From Escherichia phage 536_P3, in sequence record PQ227709: a DNA stretch of 40,175 nucleotides; one strand, written 5' to 3'. Below the pieces are notes generated by a model. It worked only from the letters and a program-made list of their open reading frames with translations, made no database searches and was not told where the DNA came from. Of the stretch, positions 17,959 to 28,074 are shown piece after piece (position 1 is the stretch's first letter; the number at the start of each line of letters is the position of its first letter). The position numbers and the translations under genes are program-made.

Positions 17959-18873
17959 ATGAGCCTAATCACATTGAAAGACTTCGCGGAGATGCGTGAA
18001 GGTAAGCCTACGGAGAAGGGAGTGCTGGTCATGGATGGTGACTGGCTTGTGTATCAGTCGATGGCTGCTGCCGAAGTTGAGACGGATTGGGGTGATGATA
18101 TTTGGACTCTGGAGTGTGACCACGCTAAGGCTCGTAGCATTCTTGATTCTGCAATCGAATCATACCGAACCCGCAAGAAGGCGTGGCGTGACGCTACGGT
18201 AGTTCTGGCGTTTACCGATGATGTTAACTGGCGTAAGGTTCTGGTCGATGAGACCTATAAGGAGAACCGAAAGGCGACCCGTAAACCTGTGGGATACCGC
18301 GACTTCCTTCAAGCTCTGTGGGAGCGCGATGAGTTCATTCACATCAAAGAGGACATGCTTGAAGGTGATGACGTTATGGGCATCATAGGGTCTGGTCACG
18401 AGGTCTTCGGCTTCAAGAAGGCTGTGTTGGTCTCCTGTGACAAGGACTTCAAGACTATCCCTGACGTTGACTTCCTGTGGTGTACCACTGGTAACATCCT
18501 GACGCAGACCAAAGAGACCGCTGATTGGTGGCATCTCTTCCAGACTATCAAGGGCGATATGACCGATGGCTACTCCGGGATTCCCGGCTGGGGCGATACG
18601 GCAGAAGGTTTCCTGAATGACCCGTTCATTGTGGAGCCTGTAGAGTCCGTGTTGAAGTCTGGCAAGAACAAGGGGCAGACAGTAACCAAGTGGGTGAAGC
18701 GTGCTCCTGATGCGACTGAGACGCTGTGGGACTGCATTAAATCCATTGGTGCCAAAGCTGGGATGACCGAGCAGGAAATCATCAAGCAAGGCCAGATGGC
18801 TCGCATTCTTCGCTTCGAGGAATACAATTACATTGACAAGGAGATTTACCTATGGACGCCGCAAAGTACATAA
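17959..18873 (+). CDS. 6: 5-prime to 3-prime exonuclease
   Basis: 304 aa; ...VMDGDWLV...CDHAKAR...GDDVMG...[10 protein letters not shown]...[11 protein letters not shown]... matches recalled T7 gp6. Confidence 0.95.
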   Translation: MSLITLKDFAEMREGKPTEKGVLVMDGDWLVYQSMAAAEVETDWGDDIWTLECDHAKARSILDSAIESYRTRKKAWRDATVVLAFTDDVNWRKVLVDETYKENRKATRKPVGYRDFLQALWERDEFIHIKEDMLEGDDVMGIIGSGHEVFGFKKAVLVSCDKDFKTIPDVDFLWCTTGNILTQTKETADWWHLFQTIKGDMTDGYSGIPGWGDTAEGFLNDPFIVEPVESVLKSGKNKGQTVTKWVKRAPDATETLWDCIKSIGAKAGMTEQEIIKQGQMARILRFEEYNYIDKEIYLWTPQST

Positions 18874-18965
18874 CCATCGCTGTGCTGGTAGGTATGCTGG
18901 CGCGAGGTCTCTGGATGCTCGCTCTCATAGTCCGAGACGTGAAGCGAGACTCCGAGATTAAGTGA
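18852..18965 (+). CDS. 6.3: Gene 6.3 small membrane-like protein
   Basis: 37-aa [40 protein letters not shown] overlapping the gene 6 end; same length as T7 gp6.3. Confidence 0.6.
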   Translation: MDAAKYITIAVLVGMLARGLWMLALIVRDVKRDSEIK

Positions 18966-18984
18966 TAAACTCAAGGCTCTCTAC

Positions 18985-19008
18985 AATTAACCCTCACTAA
19001 AGGGAAGA
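18985..19008 (+). promoter_or_regulatory. T3-type phage promoter (phi6.5) nested in an RNase III-like hairpin (18966..19028)
   Basis: aattaaccctcactaaagggaaga sits between actcaagg and gcctttatgattatt. Confidence 0.8.
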
Positions 19009-19058
19009 GGGAGCCTTTATGATTATTACTTTAAGACTTAACCTTAAGAGGTGAAATT

Positions 19059-19304
19059 ATGTTACAACCAATTAATCATGTTTTAACTCATCCCGATGAT
19101 ATTCCTAGTATGCCTCGTGCAGCTAAAGAGTATCTACAGGTGCGCTTCAATCAGACCTACGTGATGGAGTCAGGGGAGTACCGTGCGCTCCGCGCTGCTG
19201 GATACTCTGAGTCTTTCATTGCGGGTGTGATGCATGGTCTGTACCTTGCCTCTCGTACACTTGATGAGATTGAGGTGCGTAAAGAGCAACTGAGACAGGA
19301 GTAA
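19059..19304 (+). CDS. 6.5: Gene 6.5 protein
   Basis: 81-aa ORF, AAGAGGTGA RBS. Confidence 0.75.
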   Translation: MLQPINHVLTHPDDIPSMPRAAKEYLQVRFNQTYVMESGEYRALRAAGYSESFIAGVMHGLYLASRTLDEIEVRKEQLRQE

Positions 19305-19308
19305 TTAT

Positions 19309-19560
19309 ATGTGCTGGAAACCGAAGGTGAAAGTCCCTAAGATGGACACTAACCAGATTCGCGCTGCCGAACCAGCACCTTTGACTGAGCCACCGAAATC
19401 TGTGGTATGGGGAGGCGATGATGATGAGGACACCAGCGTGTCTTCCTCTGAGGTTCCAACCACACAGAGCAGCGGTAAGAGCAGTCTTAAGGTAAAGCTG
19501 GATGACAGCGCAGCCAAGAACAAGAGTAAATCCTCCATTCGCTCCAAGGCGTTTGGGTAA
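19309..19560 (+). CDS. 6.7: Gene 6.7 protein (small virion protein)
   Basis: 83 aa; MCWKPKVKVPKMDT... resembles recalled T7 gp6.7. Confidence 0.8.
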   Translation: MCWKPKVKVPKMDTNQIRAAEPAPLTEPPKSVVWGGDDDEDTSVSSSEVPTTQSSGKSSLKVKLDDSAAKNKSKSSIRSKAFG

Positions 19561-19586
19561 CTGTGACATAACATAGGGGACACATT

Positions 19587-19907
19587 ATGGGATTCTTCAA
19601 GAAAATCAAGAAAGCCGTTAAGAAAGTAGTTAAGGAAGTTGGCAAACCGATCGAGAAGGCTGGTAAGGAAGTCGGTAAAGCCGTTGGTGGGGCGCTGGGT
19701 GCAGGTAAGCAGGAGATTATCCAACAAGAGGCTCCAGCACCAGTAGTGTCTGCGCCGCCTCCAGCACAGATTGTAGATGTACCTGAACAGGATAAGGCTG
19801 AGGGTGAGGATGAGGCGCAAACCGAGAGCGCACGTAAGAAGGCCCGAGCTGGCGGTAAGAAGTCTCTGAGTGTAGCCCGTAGCTCCGGCGGTGGCATCAA
19901 CATCTAA
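19587..19907 (+). CDS. 7.3: Gene 7.3 protein (virion/tail-associated)
   Basis: C-terminus ...AQIVDVPE...EDEAQTESARKKARAGGKKSLSVARSSGGGINI matches recalled T7 gp7.3. Confidence 0.85.
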   Translation: MGFFKKIKKAVKKVVKEVGKPIEKAGKEVGKAVGGALGAGKQEIIQQEAPAPVVSAPPPAQIVDVPEQDKAEGEDEAQTESARKKARAGGKKSLSVARSSGGGINI

Positions 19908-19917
19908 GGAGGACTGA

Positions 19918-21525
19918 ATGGCTGATTCTAAACGTACAGGCTTGGGCGAAGACGGTGCTAAAGCTACCTATGACCGCCTAACGAACGACCGTAGAGCCTA
20001 TGAGACTCGTGCGGAAAACTGTGCGCAATACACCATTCCGTCCTTGTTCCCGAAGGAGTCCGATAACGAATCTACCGACTACACGACTCCGTGGCAGGCT
20101 GTAGGTGCGCGGGGTCTTAACAATCTGGCCTCTAAATTAATGCTGGCACTATTCCCGATGCAGTCGTGGATGAAGCTGACCATTAGTGAATATGAGGCGA
20201 AGCAGCTTGTTGGAGACCCTGATGGACTCGCTAAGGTGGACGAGGGTCTGTCTATGGTTGAGCGTATTATCATGAATTATATCGAATCCAACAGCTACCG
20301 TGTGACGCTCTTTGAGTGCCTCAAGCAGTTGATCGTGGCGGGTAATGCACTGCTTTACTTACCGGAACCCGAAGGTAGCTACAATCCGATGAAGCTGTAC
20401 CGATTGTCTTCTTATGTTGTCCAAAGAGACGCATACGGCAATGTGTTACAGATTGTCACTCGTGACCAGATAGCCTTTGGTGCTCTCCCGGAAGACGTTC
20501 GGTCTGCGGTAGAGAAAGCTGGTGGTGAGAAGAAGATGGACGAAATGGTCGATGTGTACACCCATGTGTATCTCGATGAAGAGTCCGGCGATTACCTCAA
20601 GTACGAGGAAGTAGAGGACGTTGAGATTGATGGCTCCGACGCCACATATCCGACTGACGCTATGCCCTACATTCCGGTTCGCATGGTTCGCATTGATGGC
20701 GAGTCTTACGGTCGCTCCTACTGCGAAGAATACTTAGGTGACTTAAGGTCTCTTGAGAATCTCCAAGAGGCTATCGTTAAGATGAGCATGATTAGCGCGA
20801 AGGTCATCGGTCTGGTGAACCCGGCTGGCATTACGCAGCCACGTAGATTAACCAAAGCTCAGACTGGTGACTTCGTTCCGGGTCGTCGAGAAGATATTGA
20901 CTTCCTGCAACTGGAGAAGCAAGCTGACTTTACCGTAGCGAAAGCTGTGAGTGACCAGATAGAAGCACGCTTATCGTATGCCTTTATGTTGAACTCTGCG
21001 GTACAGCGCACAGGTGAACGTGTGACCGCCGAAGAGATTCGATACGTTGCGTCAGAACTGGAAGATACGCTTGGTGGCGTCTATTCGATTCTGTCTCAAG
21101 AACTGCAATTGCCTCTGGTTCGTGTGCTCTTGAAGCAACTCCAAGCAACCTCGCAGATTCCTGAGCTACCGAAAGAAGCCGTTGAGCCTACTATCAGTAC
21201 AGGTCTGGAAGCAATCGGGCGTGGTCAAGACCTCGATAAGCTGGAGCGCTGTATCTCCGCTTGGGCTGCTCTGGCTCCTATGCAGGGAGACCCGGACATT
21301 AACCTTGCTGTCATTAAGCTGCGAATTGCTAACGCCATTGGTATTGATACTTCTGGTATCCTACTTACGGACGAGCAGAAGCAAGCCCTGATGATGCAGG
21401 ATGCTGCCCAAACGGGCGTGGAGAATGCTGCGGCTGCTGGAGGTGCTGGCGTGGGTGCGCTCGCTACATCAAGTCCAGAAGCTATGCAGGGTGCCGCTGC
21501 GCAGGCTGGCCTAGACGCCACCTAA
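19918..21525 (+). CDS. 8: Portal (head-tail connector) protein
   Basis: 535 aa, AAGGAGG RBS; size and position match T7/T3 gp8. Confidence 0.93.
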   Translation: MADSKRTGLGEDGAKATYDRLTNDRRAYETRAENCAQYTIPSLFPKESDNESTDYTTPWQAVGARGLNNLASKLMLALFPMQSWMKLTISEYEAKQLVGDPDGLAKVDEGLSMVERIIMNYIESNSYRVTLFECLKQLIVAGNALLYLPEPEGSYNPMKLYRLSSYVVQRDAYGNVLQIVTRDQIAFGALPEDVRSAVEKAGGEKKMDEMVDVYTHVYLDEESGDYLKYEEVEDVEIDGSDATYPTDAMPYIPVRMVRIDGESYGRSYCEEYLGDLRSLENLQEAIVKMSMISAKVIGLVNPAGITQPRRLTKAQTGDFVPGRREDIDFLQLEKQADFTVAKAVSDQIEARLSYAFMLNSAVQRTGERVTAEEIRYVASELEDTLGGVYSILSQELQLPLVRVLLKQLQATSQIPELPKEAVEPTISTGLEAIGRGQDLDKLERCISAWAALAPMQGDPDINLAVIKLRIANAIGIDTSGILLTDEQKQALMMQDAAQTGVENAAAAGGAGVGALATSSPEAMQGAAAQAGLDAT

Positions 21526-21548
21526 TAACCCTCACTAAAGGGAGACCT
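21525..21548 (+). promoter_or_regulatory. T3-type phage promoter (phi9)
   Basis: taataaccctcactaaagggagac. Confidence 0.8.
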
Positions 21549-21626
21549 CATCTTTGAAATGAGCGATGACTAAAGGTTGGAGTCCTTTGGTTTCCCTTTA
21601 TCTTTAACAACTTAGGAGATTTAACA

Positions 21627-22559
21627 ATGGCTGAATCTAATGCAGACGTTTATGCGTCCTTCGGTGTGAACAACGCGGTAATGACCGGAAGCACACCTAC
21701 AGAACACGAACAGAATATGCTGAGTCTCGATGTTGCTGCCCGTGATGGCGATGATGCAATCGTACTTAGCGAGGAACCGAGTTCTCATGATGATGACCCT
21801 TATGCGGCTGGTGTAGACCCGTTCGCTGATGGTGAAGACGATGAGGGCCGCATTCAGGTTCGTATCAGTGAAGATGGTAATGAAGCCGAGTTCGACACTG
21901 GTAGCGATAACGCTGAGGTGGAGACCGAAGGTGAAGCCGATGAGTTTGAGCCGCTGGGTGACACTCCAGAAGAACTGAGCCAAGTGACTGAACAATTAGG
22001 TCAGCACGAAGAAGGCTTTCAGGCGATGGTCGAGCAGGCCGTTGAGCGTGGACTGAGCGCAGAGTCTGTGACTCGCATCTACGAAGAGTACGAATCCGAT
22101 GGCATCTCTGAGAAATCCTACGCGGAACTCGAAGCTGCTGGCTATAGTCGTGCCTTTGTGGACTCCTACATCTCCGGTCAGGAAGCCCTTGTAGACCAGT
22201 ACGTCAATCAGGTAGTTGCCTTTGCTGGTGGTAAGGAGCGCTTTAGCGCAATCCATACGCACCTTGAAGCAACCAACCCGGCTGCGGCTGAGTCCCTTGA
22301 GGCTGCCATGATGAACAGAGACTTGGCGACTGTCAAAGCAATTATCAATCTGGCTGGTGAGAGTTACACGAAGAAATTCGGTAAGCCTGCCAACCGTAGT
22401 GTTACCAAGCGTGCTACTCCGGTTAAACCTGTAGCTCGTCAGAAAGAGGGCTTTACGAATCAGGCTGAGATGATTAAAGCTATGAGTGACCCGCGTTACC
22501 GTAGTGATGCTGCCTACCGTCAAATGGTAGAACAGAAGGTTATCGACTCCAGTTTCTAA
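21627..22559 (+). CDS. 9: Capsid assembly (scaffolding) protein
   Basis: 310 aa, highly acidic, immediately upstream of the capsid gene. Confidence 0.9.
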   Translation: MAESNADVYASFGVNNAVMTGSTPTEHEQNMLSLDVAARDGDDAIVLSEEPSSHDDDPYAAGVDPFADGEDDEGRIQVRISEDGNEAEFDTGSDNAEVETEGEADEFEPLGDTPEELSQVTEQLGQHEEGFQAMVEQAVERGLSAESVTRIYEEYESDGISEKSYAELEAAGYSRAFVDSYISGQEALVDQYVNQVVAFAGGKERFSAIHTHLEATNPAAAESLEAAMMNRDLATVKAIINLAGESYTKKFGKPANRSVTKRATPVKPVARQKEGFTNQAEMIKAMSDPRYRSDAAYRQMVEQKVIDSSF

Positions 22560-22582
22560 TTAACCCTCACTAAAGGGAGAGA
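22558..22582 (+). promoter_or_regulatory. T3-type phage promoter (phi10), consensus
   Basis: aattaaccctcactaaagggagaga. Confidence 0.85.
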
Positions 22583-22715
22583 CCATAGATGACTACAATG
22601 GTTGAATCACCTGAGCACAGAACTTTGTGGTCACTCCCGTAGGTGAAACATTGAGAACCAACTCGATTCAAGTAGTAACCAAACTTTTCTTTAAATTAAC
22701 ATAAGGAGATTCAAC

Positions 22716-23762
22716 ATGGCTAACATTCAAGGCGGACAGCAAATTGGTACTAATCAGGGTAAGGGTCAGTCCGCAGCGGACAAACTGGCGCTGTTCCTGA
22801 AAGTGTTCGGCGGTGAAGTCCTGACGGCTTTCGCTCGCACCTCCGTGACCATGCCTCGTCACATGCTGCGCTCTATTGCTTCTGGTAAGTCCGCACAGTT
22901 CCCTGTGATTGGTCGCACCAAAGCTGCTTACCTGAAACCGGGTGAGAACCTCGATGACAAACGTAAGGATATCAAACACACCGAGAAGGTAATCCACATT
23001 GATGGCCTGCTGACTGCGGACGTTCTGATTTACGACATTGAGGACGCGATGAACCACTACGACGTTCGCGCTGAGTACACCGCACAGTTGGGTGAATCTC
23101 TGGCGATGGCGGCTGACGGTGCTGTACTGGCTGAACTGGCTGGTCTGGTTAACCTGCCTGACGCCTCCAATGAGAACATCGAGGGTCTCGGTAAGCCAAC
23201 CGTACTGACTCTGGTTAAGCCGACCACTGGCGACCTGACTGACCCGGTTGAGCTGGGTAAAGCGATTATTGCTCAGTTGACTATCGCTCGTGCGTCTCTG
23301 ACCAAGAACTACGTTCCGGCTGCTGACCGTACCTTCTATACCACTCCTGATAACTACTCTGCGATTCTGGCTGCCCTGATGCCGAACGCTGCAAACTATC
23401 AGGCACTGATTGACCCTGAGCGCGGTACTATCCGTAACGTGATGGGCTTCGAAGTGGTTGAGGTTCCGCACCTGACCGCTGGTGGCGCTGGTGATACCCG
23501 TGAGGATGCCCCGGCTGACCAGAAGCACGCTTTCCCGGCGACTTCCAGCACTACCGTTAAGGTTGCTCTGGATAACGTTGTGGGCCTGTTCCAGCACCGC
23601 TCTGCGGTTGGTACGGTCAAGCTGAAAGACTTGGCTCTGGAGCGCGCTCGTCGTGCGAACTATCAGGCTGACCAGATTATCGCTAAATACGCGATGGGTC
23701 ACGGCGGTCTGCGTCCAGAAGCTGCTGGCGCTATCGTGCTGCCAAAGACTTCGAAGGCTTAA
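22716..23762 (+). CDS. 10A: Major capsid protein 10A
   Basis: 348 aa, AAGGAGA RBS; MANIQGGQQIGTNQGKGQSAADKLALFLKVFGGEVLTAFARTSV... matches recalled T3/T7 capsid. Confidence 0.96.
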   Translation: MANIQGGQQIGTNQGKGQSAADKLALFLKVFGGEVLTAFARTSVTMPRHMLRSIASGKSAQFPVIGRTKAAYLKPGENLDDKRKDIKHTEKVIHIDGLLTADVLIYDIEDAMNHYDVRAEYTAQLGESLAMAADGAVLAELAGLVNLPDASNENIEGLGKPTVLTLVKPTTGDLTDPVELGKAIIAQLTIARASLTKNYVPAADRTFYTTPDNYSAILAALMPNAANYQALIDPERGTIRNVMGFEVVEVPHLTAGGAGDTREDAPADQKHAFPATSSTTVKVALDNVVGLFQHRSAVGTVKLKDLALERARRANYQADQIIAKYAMGHGGLRPEAAGAIVLPKTSKA

Positions 23763-23896
23763 GGGTAGCGCCTTTGAGTATGAACGCGGAGAGTGAAGTG
23801 GAGCCGACCCAAGAGGTAGCCGCCGAAGTAGCTCTCACGCCTCAACAGAAGGCCGCCATTACTCGTGCTCGTAACAAGGCACTTAAGTCTCAATAA
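23756..23896 (+). CDS. 10B: Gene 10B C-terminal extension segment, reachable by -1 frameshift near the 10A end
   Basis: The -1 frame is open from 23687 to a TAA at 23894..23896 (…GLRVAPLSMNAESEVEPTQEVAAEVALTPQQKAAITRARNKALKSQ); T7/T3 make a minor capsid protein 10B this way. Confidence 0.5.
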   Translation, partial: GLRVAPLSMNAESEVEPTQEVAAEVALTPQQKAAITRARNKALKSQ

Positions 23897-23907
23897 CAAC
23901 AACAAGC

Positions 23908-23950
23908 AAACCCCTTGGGTTCCCTCTTTGGGAGTCTGAGGGGTTTTTTG
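23908..23950 (+). terminator. Tphi-like late terminator
   Basis: caaaccccttgggttccctctttgggagtctgaggggttttttg, GC hairpin plus T6 run after the capsid gene, analogous to T7 Tphi. Confidence 0.8.
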
Positions 23951-23952
23951 CT

Positions 23953-23976
23953 TTAAACCCTCACTAACAGGAGGTA
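23953..23976 (+). promoter_or_regulatory. T3-type phage promoter variant (phi11)
   Basis: tttaaaccctcactaacaggaggt. Confidence 0.65.
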
Positions 23977-23981
23977 ACATC

Positions 23982-24572
23982 ATGCGCTCTTATGAGATGA
24001 ACATTGAGACCGCAGAAGAGCTATCAGCAGTCAACGACATTCTGGCTTCCATCGGTGAGCCGCCAATATCAACCCTTGAGGGTGATGCGAATGCTGACGT
24101 TGCGAATGCTCGACGCGTACTCAATAAGATTAACCGACAGATTCAATCACGAGGATGGACATTCAATATTGAGGAAGGTGTTACCCTTCTACCGGATGCG
24201 TTCTCTGGTATGATTCCGTTTAGCTCTGATTATCTGTCCGTAATGGCAACCAGCGGTCAGACACAGTATATCAACCGTGGTGGCTATCTCTATGACCGCT
24301 CTGCGAAGACTGACCGATTTCCTTCTGGTGTTCAGGTCAACCTGATTCGTCTGAGAGAGTTCGATGAGATGCCTGAGTGCTTCCGTAACTACATCGTCAC
24401 CAAGGCTTCACGCCAGTTCAACAACCGATTCTTCGGTGCGCCGGAGGTTGATGGGGTGCTTCAAGAAGAAGAACAGGAAGCGTGGCGTGCGTGCTTCGAG
24501 TACGAACTAGACTACGGCAACTACAACATGCTGGACGGTGACGCATTCACCTCTGGTCTACTTAACCGCTAA
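23982..24572 (+). CDS. 11: Tail tubular protein A
   Basis: 196-aa ORF, size and position as T7 gp11. Confidence 0.9.
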   Translation: MRSYEMNIETAEELSAVNDILASIGEPPISTLEGDANADVANARRVLNKINRQIQSRGWTFNIEEGVTLLPDAFSGMIPFSSDYLSVMATSGQTQYINRGGYLYDRSAKTDRFPSGVQVNLIRLREFDEMPECFRNYIVTKASRQFNNRFFGAPEVDGVLQEEEQEAWRACFEYELDYGNYNMLDGDAFTSGLLNR

Positions 24573-24587
24573 TAACAAGGAGGCTCT

Positions 24588-26993
24588 ATGGCTCTCATTA
24601 GTCAATCAATCAAGAACCTCAAGGGTGGTATCAGCCAACAGCCAGATATTCTCCGGTTCGCTGAACAAGGTAGCGTACAGATTAACGGTTGGTCTTCTGA
24701 GTCCGAGGGTCTCCAGAAGCGCCCACCGATGATTCACCTTAAGACCCTTGGCCCTGCTGGGTACGTAGGTGCGCAACCTTACGTGCATCTTATCAACCGG
24801 GATGAGTTCGAGCAGTATTTCGTGGTGTTCACTGGTGAGGACATTAAGGTGTTCGACCTCGATGGTAAGGAGTACCAAGTACGTGGAGACCGCTCTTATG
24901 TACGAACAGCCAACCCACGGGAAGACCTTCGGATGGTAACGGTGGCTGACTACACCTTTGTGACCAACCGTAAGGTGGTTGTGCAGAGTAACGACCAATC
25001 GGTCAACCTTCCGGGCTTTAAAGACCAAGGCGATGCACTAATTAACGTTCGAGGTGGTCAATATGGGCGTAGACTCTCAATCGAGTTCAATGGGGCTGAG
25101 CGTGCTGCTGTGCAACTACCAGACGGTTCACAACCAGCACACGTCAATGAGGTTGACGGTCAGGCCATCGCTGAGAAGCTGGCGGCTCAGTTACGGAATA
25201 ACCTAGGGAACCCCAACAATGACCAAGACCCAAATAAGTGGCGGTTCAATGTTGGCCCCGGATTCATCCATATCCTTGCACCAAATAACGATAACGTTTG
25301 GGGACTACAGACTAAGGATGGTTACGCAGACCAGCTAATCAACCCTGTAACACACTACACTCAGTCGTTCCAGAAGCTGCCTATCAACGCTCCAGATGGG
25401 TACATTGTGAAGATTGTAGGTGACACCTCCAAGACTGCCGACCAGTATTACGTTAGGTTCGACCTCAACCGTAAAGTGTGGGTAGAAACAATTGGATGGA
25501 ACACAAGGACTCACCTACATTACCACACGATGCCTTGGGCACTGGTACGTGCTTCTGACGGGAACTTTGACTTCAAGGTACTTGAGTGGGGTGCCCGTAC
25601 TGTGGGTGATGATACAACCAACCCATACCCATCGTTTACCGGACAGACAATCAACGATATTTTCTTCTTCCGTAACCGTTTAGGCTTCCTTAGTGGGGAG
25701 AACATCATCTTGTCTCGCACCTCGAAATACTTCAACTTCTTCCCGGCATCCGTGTCAAACTACTCCGACGATGACCCAATCGACGTTGCGGTTAGTCATA
25801 ACCGGGTGTCAACCTTGAAGTATGCCGTTCCGTTCTCCGAAGAGTTGCTCCTGTGGTCTGACCAAGCGCAGTTCGTTCTGACAGCCTCTGGTATCCTATC
25901 GAGCCGCTCCGTAGAGTTGAACCTTACGACTCAGTTCGACGTGCAAGACAGGGCACGCCCACATGGTGTAGGACGTAATGTGTACTTTGCGTCACCTCGC
26001 GCTTCATTCACATCCATTAACCGATACTATGCGGTACAGGACGTAAGCTCTGTGAAGAACGCAGAGGACATGACGGCTCACGTTCCGAACTACATACCTA
26101 ATGGGGTATTTAGTATATCAGGCACAACTGCTGAGAACTTCGCGGCTATCCTTACGAGCGGAGCACCGAACCGAGTGTATATCTACAAGTTCCTCTACAT
26201 TGATGAGGAAATTAGACAGCAGTCGTGGTCTCATTGGGACTTTGGTGACAACGTTACGGTTTTCGCCGCACAGGTGATAAACTCAACAATGACTGTATTG
26301 ATGGGTAATGAACATAATGTGTGGATGGGACGATTACACTTCACGAAGAACTCAATTGACATTCCGGGAGAGCCGTACAGATTATACATCGACGCTAAGC
26401 GGAAATACACCATCCCTGCCGGGACGTATAATGATGATACCTACCAGACGTCCATAAGCCTCGCAACGATTTATGGGATGAACTTCACTAAGGGTAGAGT
26501 GTCTGTGGTCTTCCCTGATGGAAAGATTATAGAGGTAGACCAGCCAATCAACGGTTGGGGCAGTGACCCGGTGTTACGACTTGATGGGAACCAAGAGGGC
26601 CAAGTGGTTTACATTGGGTTCAACATCCCGTTCACTTATACGTTCTCGAAGTTCCTCATCAAGAAGACTGCTGAGGACGGCTCGACGGCTACCGAGGATA
26701 TCGGACGTTTACAGCTTCGGCGTGCATGGGTAAACTATGAGGACTCTGGAGCGTTCACCATCCGTGTGAACAACCTGTCCCGTGAGTTCATCTACACAAT
26801 GGCTGGCGCTCGTTTGGGTTCTGACAACCTGCGTGTTGGTAGGTCGAACATTGGCACAGGGCAGTATCGCTTCCCGGTGGTGGGTAATGCGCAGACGAAC
26901 ATAGTAACTATCGAGTCCGATGCGTCAACGCCACTGAACATCATTGGGTGCGGCTGGGAGGGGAACTACCTTCGTCGTTCTTCTGGCATTTAA
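24588..26993 (+). CDS. 12: Tail tubular protein B
   Basis: 801-aa ORF, AAGGAGG RBS, size and position as T7/T3 gp12. Confidence 0.9.
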   Translation: MALISQSIKNLKGGISQQPDILRFAEQGSVQINGWSSESEGLQKRPPMIHLKTLGPAGYVGAQPYVHLINRDEFEQYFVVFTGEDIKVFDLDGKEYQVRGDRSYVRTANPREDLRMVTVADYTFVTNRKVVVQSNDQSVNLPGFKDQGDALINVRGGQYGRRLSIEFNGAERAAVQLPDGSQPAHVNEVDGQAIAEKLAAQLRNNLGNPNNDQDPNKWRFNVGPGFIHILAPNNDNVWGLQTKDGYADQLINPVTHYTQSFQKLPINAPDGYIVKIVGDTSKTADQYYVRFDLNRKVWVETIGWNTRTHLHYHTMPWALVRASDGNFDFKVLEWGARTVGDDTTNPYPSFTGQTINDIFFFRNRLGFLSGENIILSRTSKYFNFFPASVSNYSDDDPIDVAVSHNRVSTLKYAVPFSEELLLWSDQAQFVLTASGILSSRSVELNLTTQFDVQDRARPHGVGRNVYFASPRASFTSINRYYAVQDVSSVKNAEDMTAHVPNYIPNGVFSISGTTAENFAAILTSGAPNRVYIYKFLYIDEEIRQQSWSHWDFGDNVTVFAAQVINSTMTVLMGNEHNVWMGRLHFTKNSIDIPGEPYRLYIDAKRKYTIPAGTYNDDTYQTSISLATIYGMNFTKGRVSVVFPDGKIIEVDQPINGWGSDPVLRLDGNQEGQVVYIGFNIPFTYTFSKFLIKKTAEDGSTATEDIGRLQLRRAWVNYEDSGAFTIRVNNLSREFIYTMAGARLGSDNLRVGRSNIGTGQYRFPVVGNAQTNIVTIESDASTPLNIIGCGWEGNYLRRSSGI

Positions 26994-27013
26994 CTTAAAG
27001 TCTCCCTGCGGTG

Positions 27014-27038
27014 AATTAACCCTCACTAAAGGGAGACA
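27014..27038 (+). promoter_or_regulatory. T3-type phage promoter (phi13), consensus
   Basis: gaattaaccctcactaaagggagac. Confidence 0.85.
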
Positions 27039-27065
27039 CTAATAGATACGAGGGGTTAAAGCATT

Positions 27066-27476
27066 ATGTATATTACAAAGTGTTTACAAAGCCACGCTGA
27101 CAACTTTCAACCGTCCATAGAGGACATTCTGGAAGCTGAGGCATTGGGTGTCGAACCTAAAGTAATTCCTGATGAGAACACTGTGGCAATGCTTAGCGAT
27201 AACGCTGTGTTGGCAATTGGTGGCAATCAGGGAGACCGAGTATGGTTTCTTACCTCTAAGTACGTCCCACTGTTTAACTTAAAGGAGCGCTTAGAGTTTC
27301 GTAGACTTATCATTGAATATCGTGATATGATGTTGAGCCAGTACGAGTCCATTTGGAATTTCGTTTGGGTAGGCAATAAGTCACACATTCGTTTCCTAAA
27401 GACCATAGGTGCGGTATTCCATAATGAGTTTACCGCTGATGGTCAATTTCAATTATTCACTATCAGTAGGAGGTAA
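27066..27476 (+). CDS. 13: Internal virion protein A
   Basis: 136-aa ORF after the phage promoter, position as T7 gp13. Confidence 0.8.
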   Translation: MYITKCLQSHADNFQPSIEDILEAEALGVEPKVIPDENTVAMLSDNAVLAIGGNQGDRVWFLTSKYVPLFNLKERLEFRRLIIEYRDMMLSQYESIWNFVWVGNKSHIRFLKTIGAVFHNEFTADGQFQLFTISRR

Positions 27477-27478
27477 CT

Positions 27479-28072
27479 ATGTGCTGGATGGCAGCGATTC
27501 CTATCGCCATGATGGGTGCCCAAGCTCTGAGTAGCCAGAACAGTGCTGACAAGGCACGAGTGGCACAGACAGAAGCTGGACGCCGACAGGCAATGGAGAT
27601 GGTCAAAGAGATGAATATCCAGAATGCCAACGCCTCATTGGAACAACGAGACGCCCTTGAAGCTGCATCCTCTGAGTTGACTTCACGTAACATGCAGAAG
27701 GTACAGGCTATGGGAACCATCCGTGCAGCTATTGGCGAGGGCATGCTTGAAGGTGAGTCCATGAAGCGCATCAAGCGTATCGAAGAGGGCAACTACATTC
27801 GGGAGGCAAATAGTGTCACCGAGAATTACCGCCGAGACTACGCGAGTATCTTTGCGCAACAGTTGGGACGCACTCAGTCCACAGCAAGTCAAGTCGATTC
27901 CATATACAAGAGCGAGGCCAAAGGTAAGTCTGGTCTTATGCGCGTACTAGACCCTCTGTCCATTATGGGTCAGGAAGCTGCAAGTCAATATGCGGCTGGT
28001 GGATTTGACAAGAAAGGTGGAAACCAAGCAGCACCTATCAGTGCCGCCAAAGGAACTAAGACCGGGAGGTAA
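27479..28072 (+). CDS. 14: Internal virion protein B
   Basis: MCWMAAIPIAMMGAQALSSQNS...AAKGTKTGR matches recalled T7 gp14 (MCWAAAIPIAISGAQ...AAKGTKTGR). Confidence 0.9.
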   Translation: MCWMAAIPIAMMGAQALSSQNSADKARVAQTEAGRRQAMEMVKEMNIQNANASLEQRDALEAASSELTSRNMQKVQAMGTIRAAIGEGMLEGESMKRIKRIEEGNYIREANSVTENYRRDYASIFAQQLGRTQSTASQVDSIYKSEAKGKSGLMRVLDPLSIMGQEAASQYAAGGFDKKGGNQAAPISAAKGTKTGR

Positions 28073-28074
28073 TA

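Noticed and set aside
22583-22715. 17-codon upstream ORF (ATG about 22589) in the capsid gene leader
   Set aside because: It lies in the structured phi10 leader with no RBS; more likely a leader stem-loop region than a gene.
22668-23702. 344-aa minus-strand ORF opposite the major capsid gene
   Set aside because: Antisense to a confidently identified, highly conserved gene; T7-like genomes are transcribed from one strand only; no promoter or RBS context.
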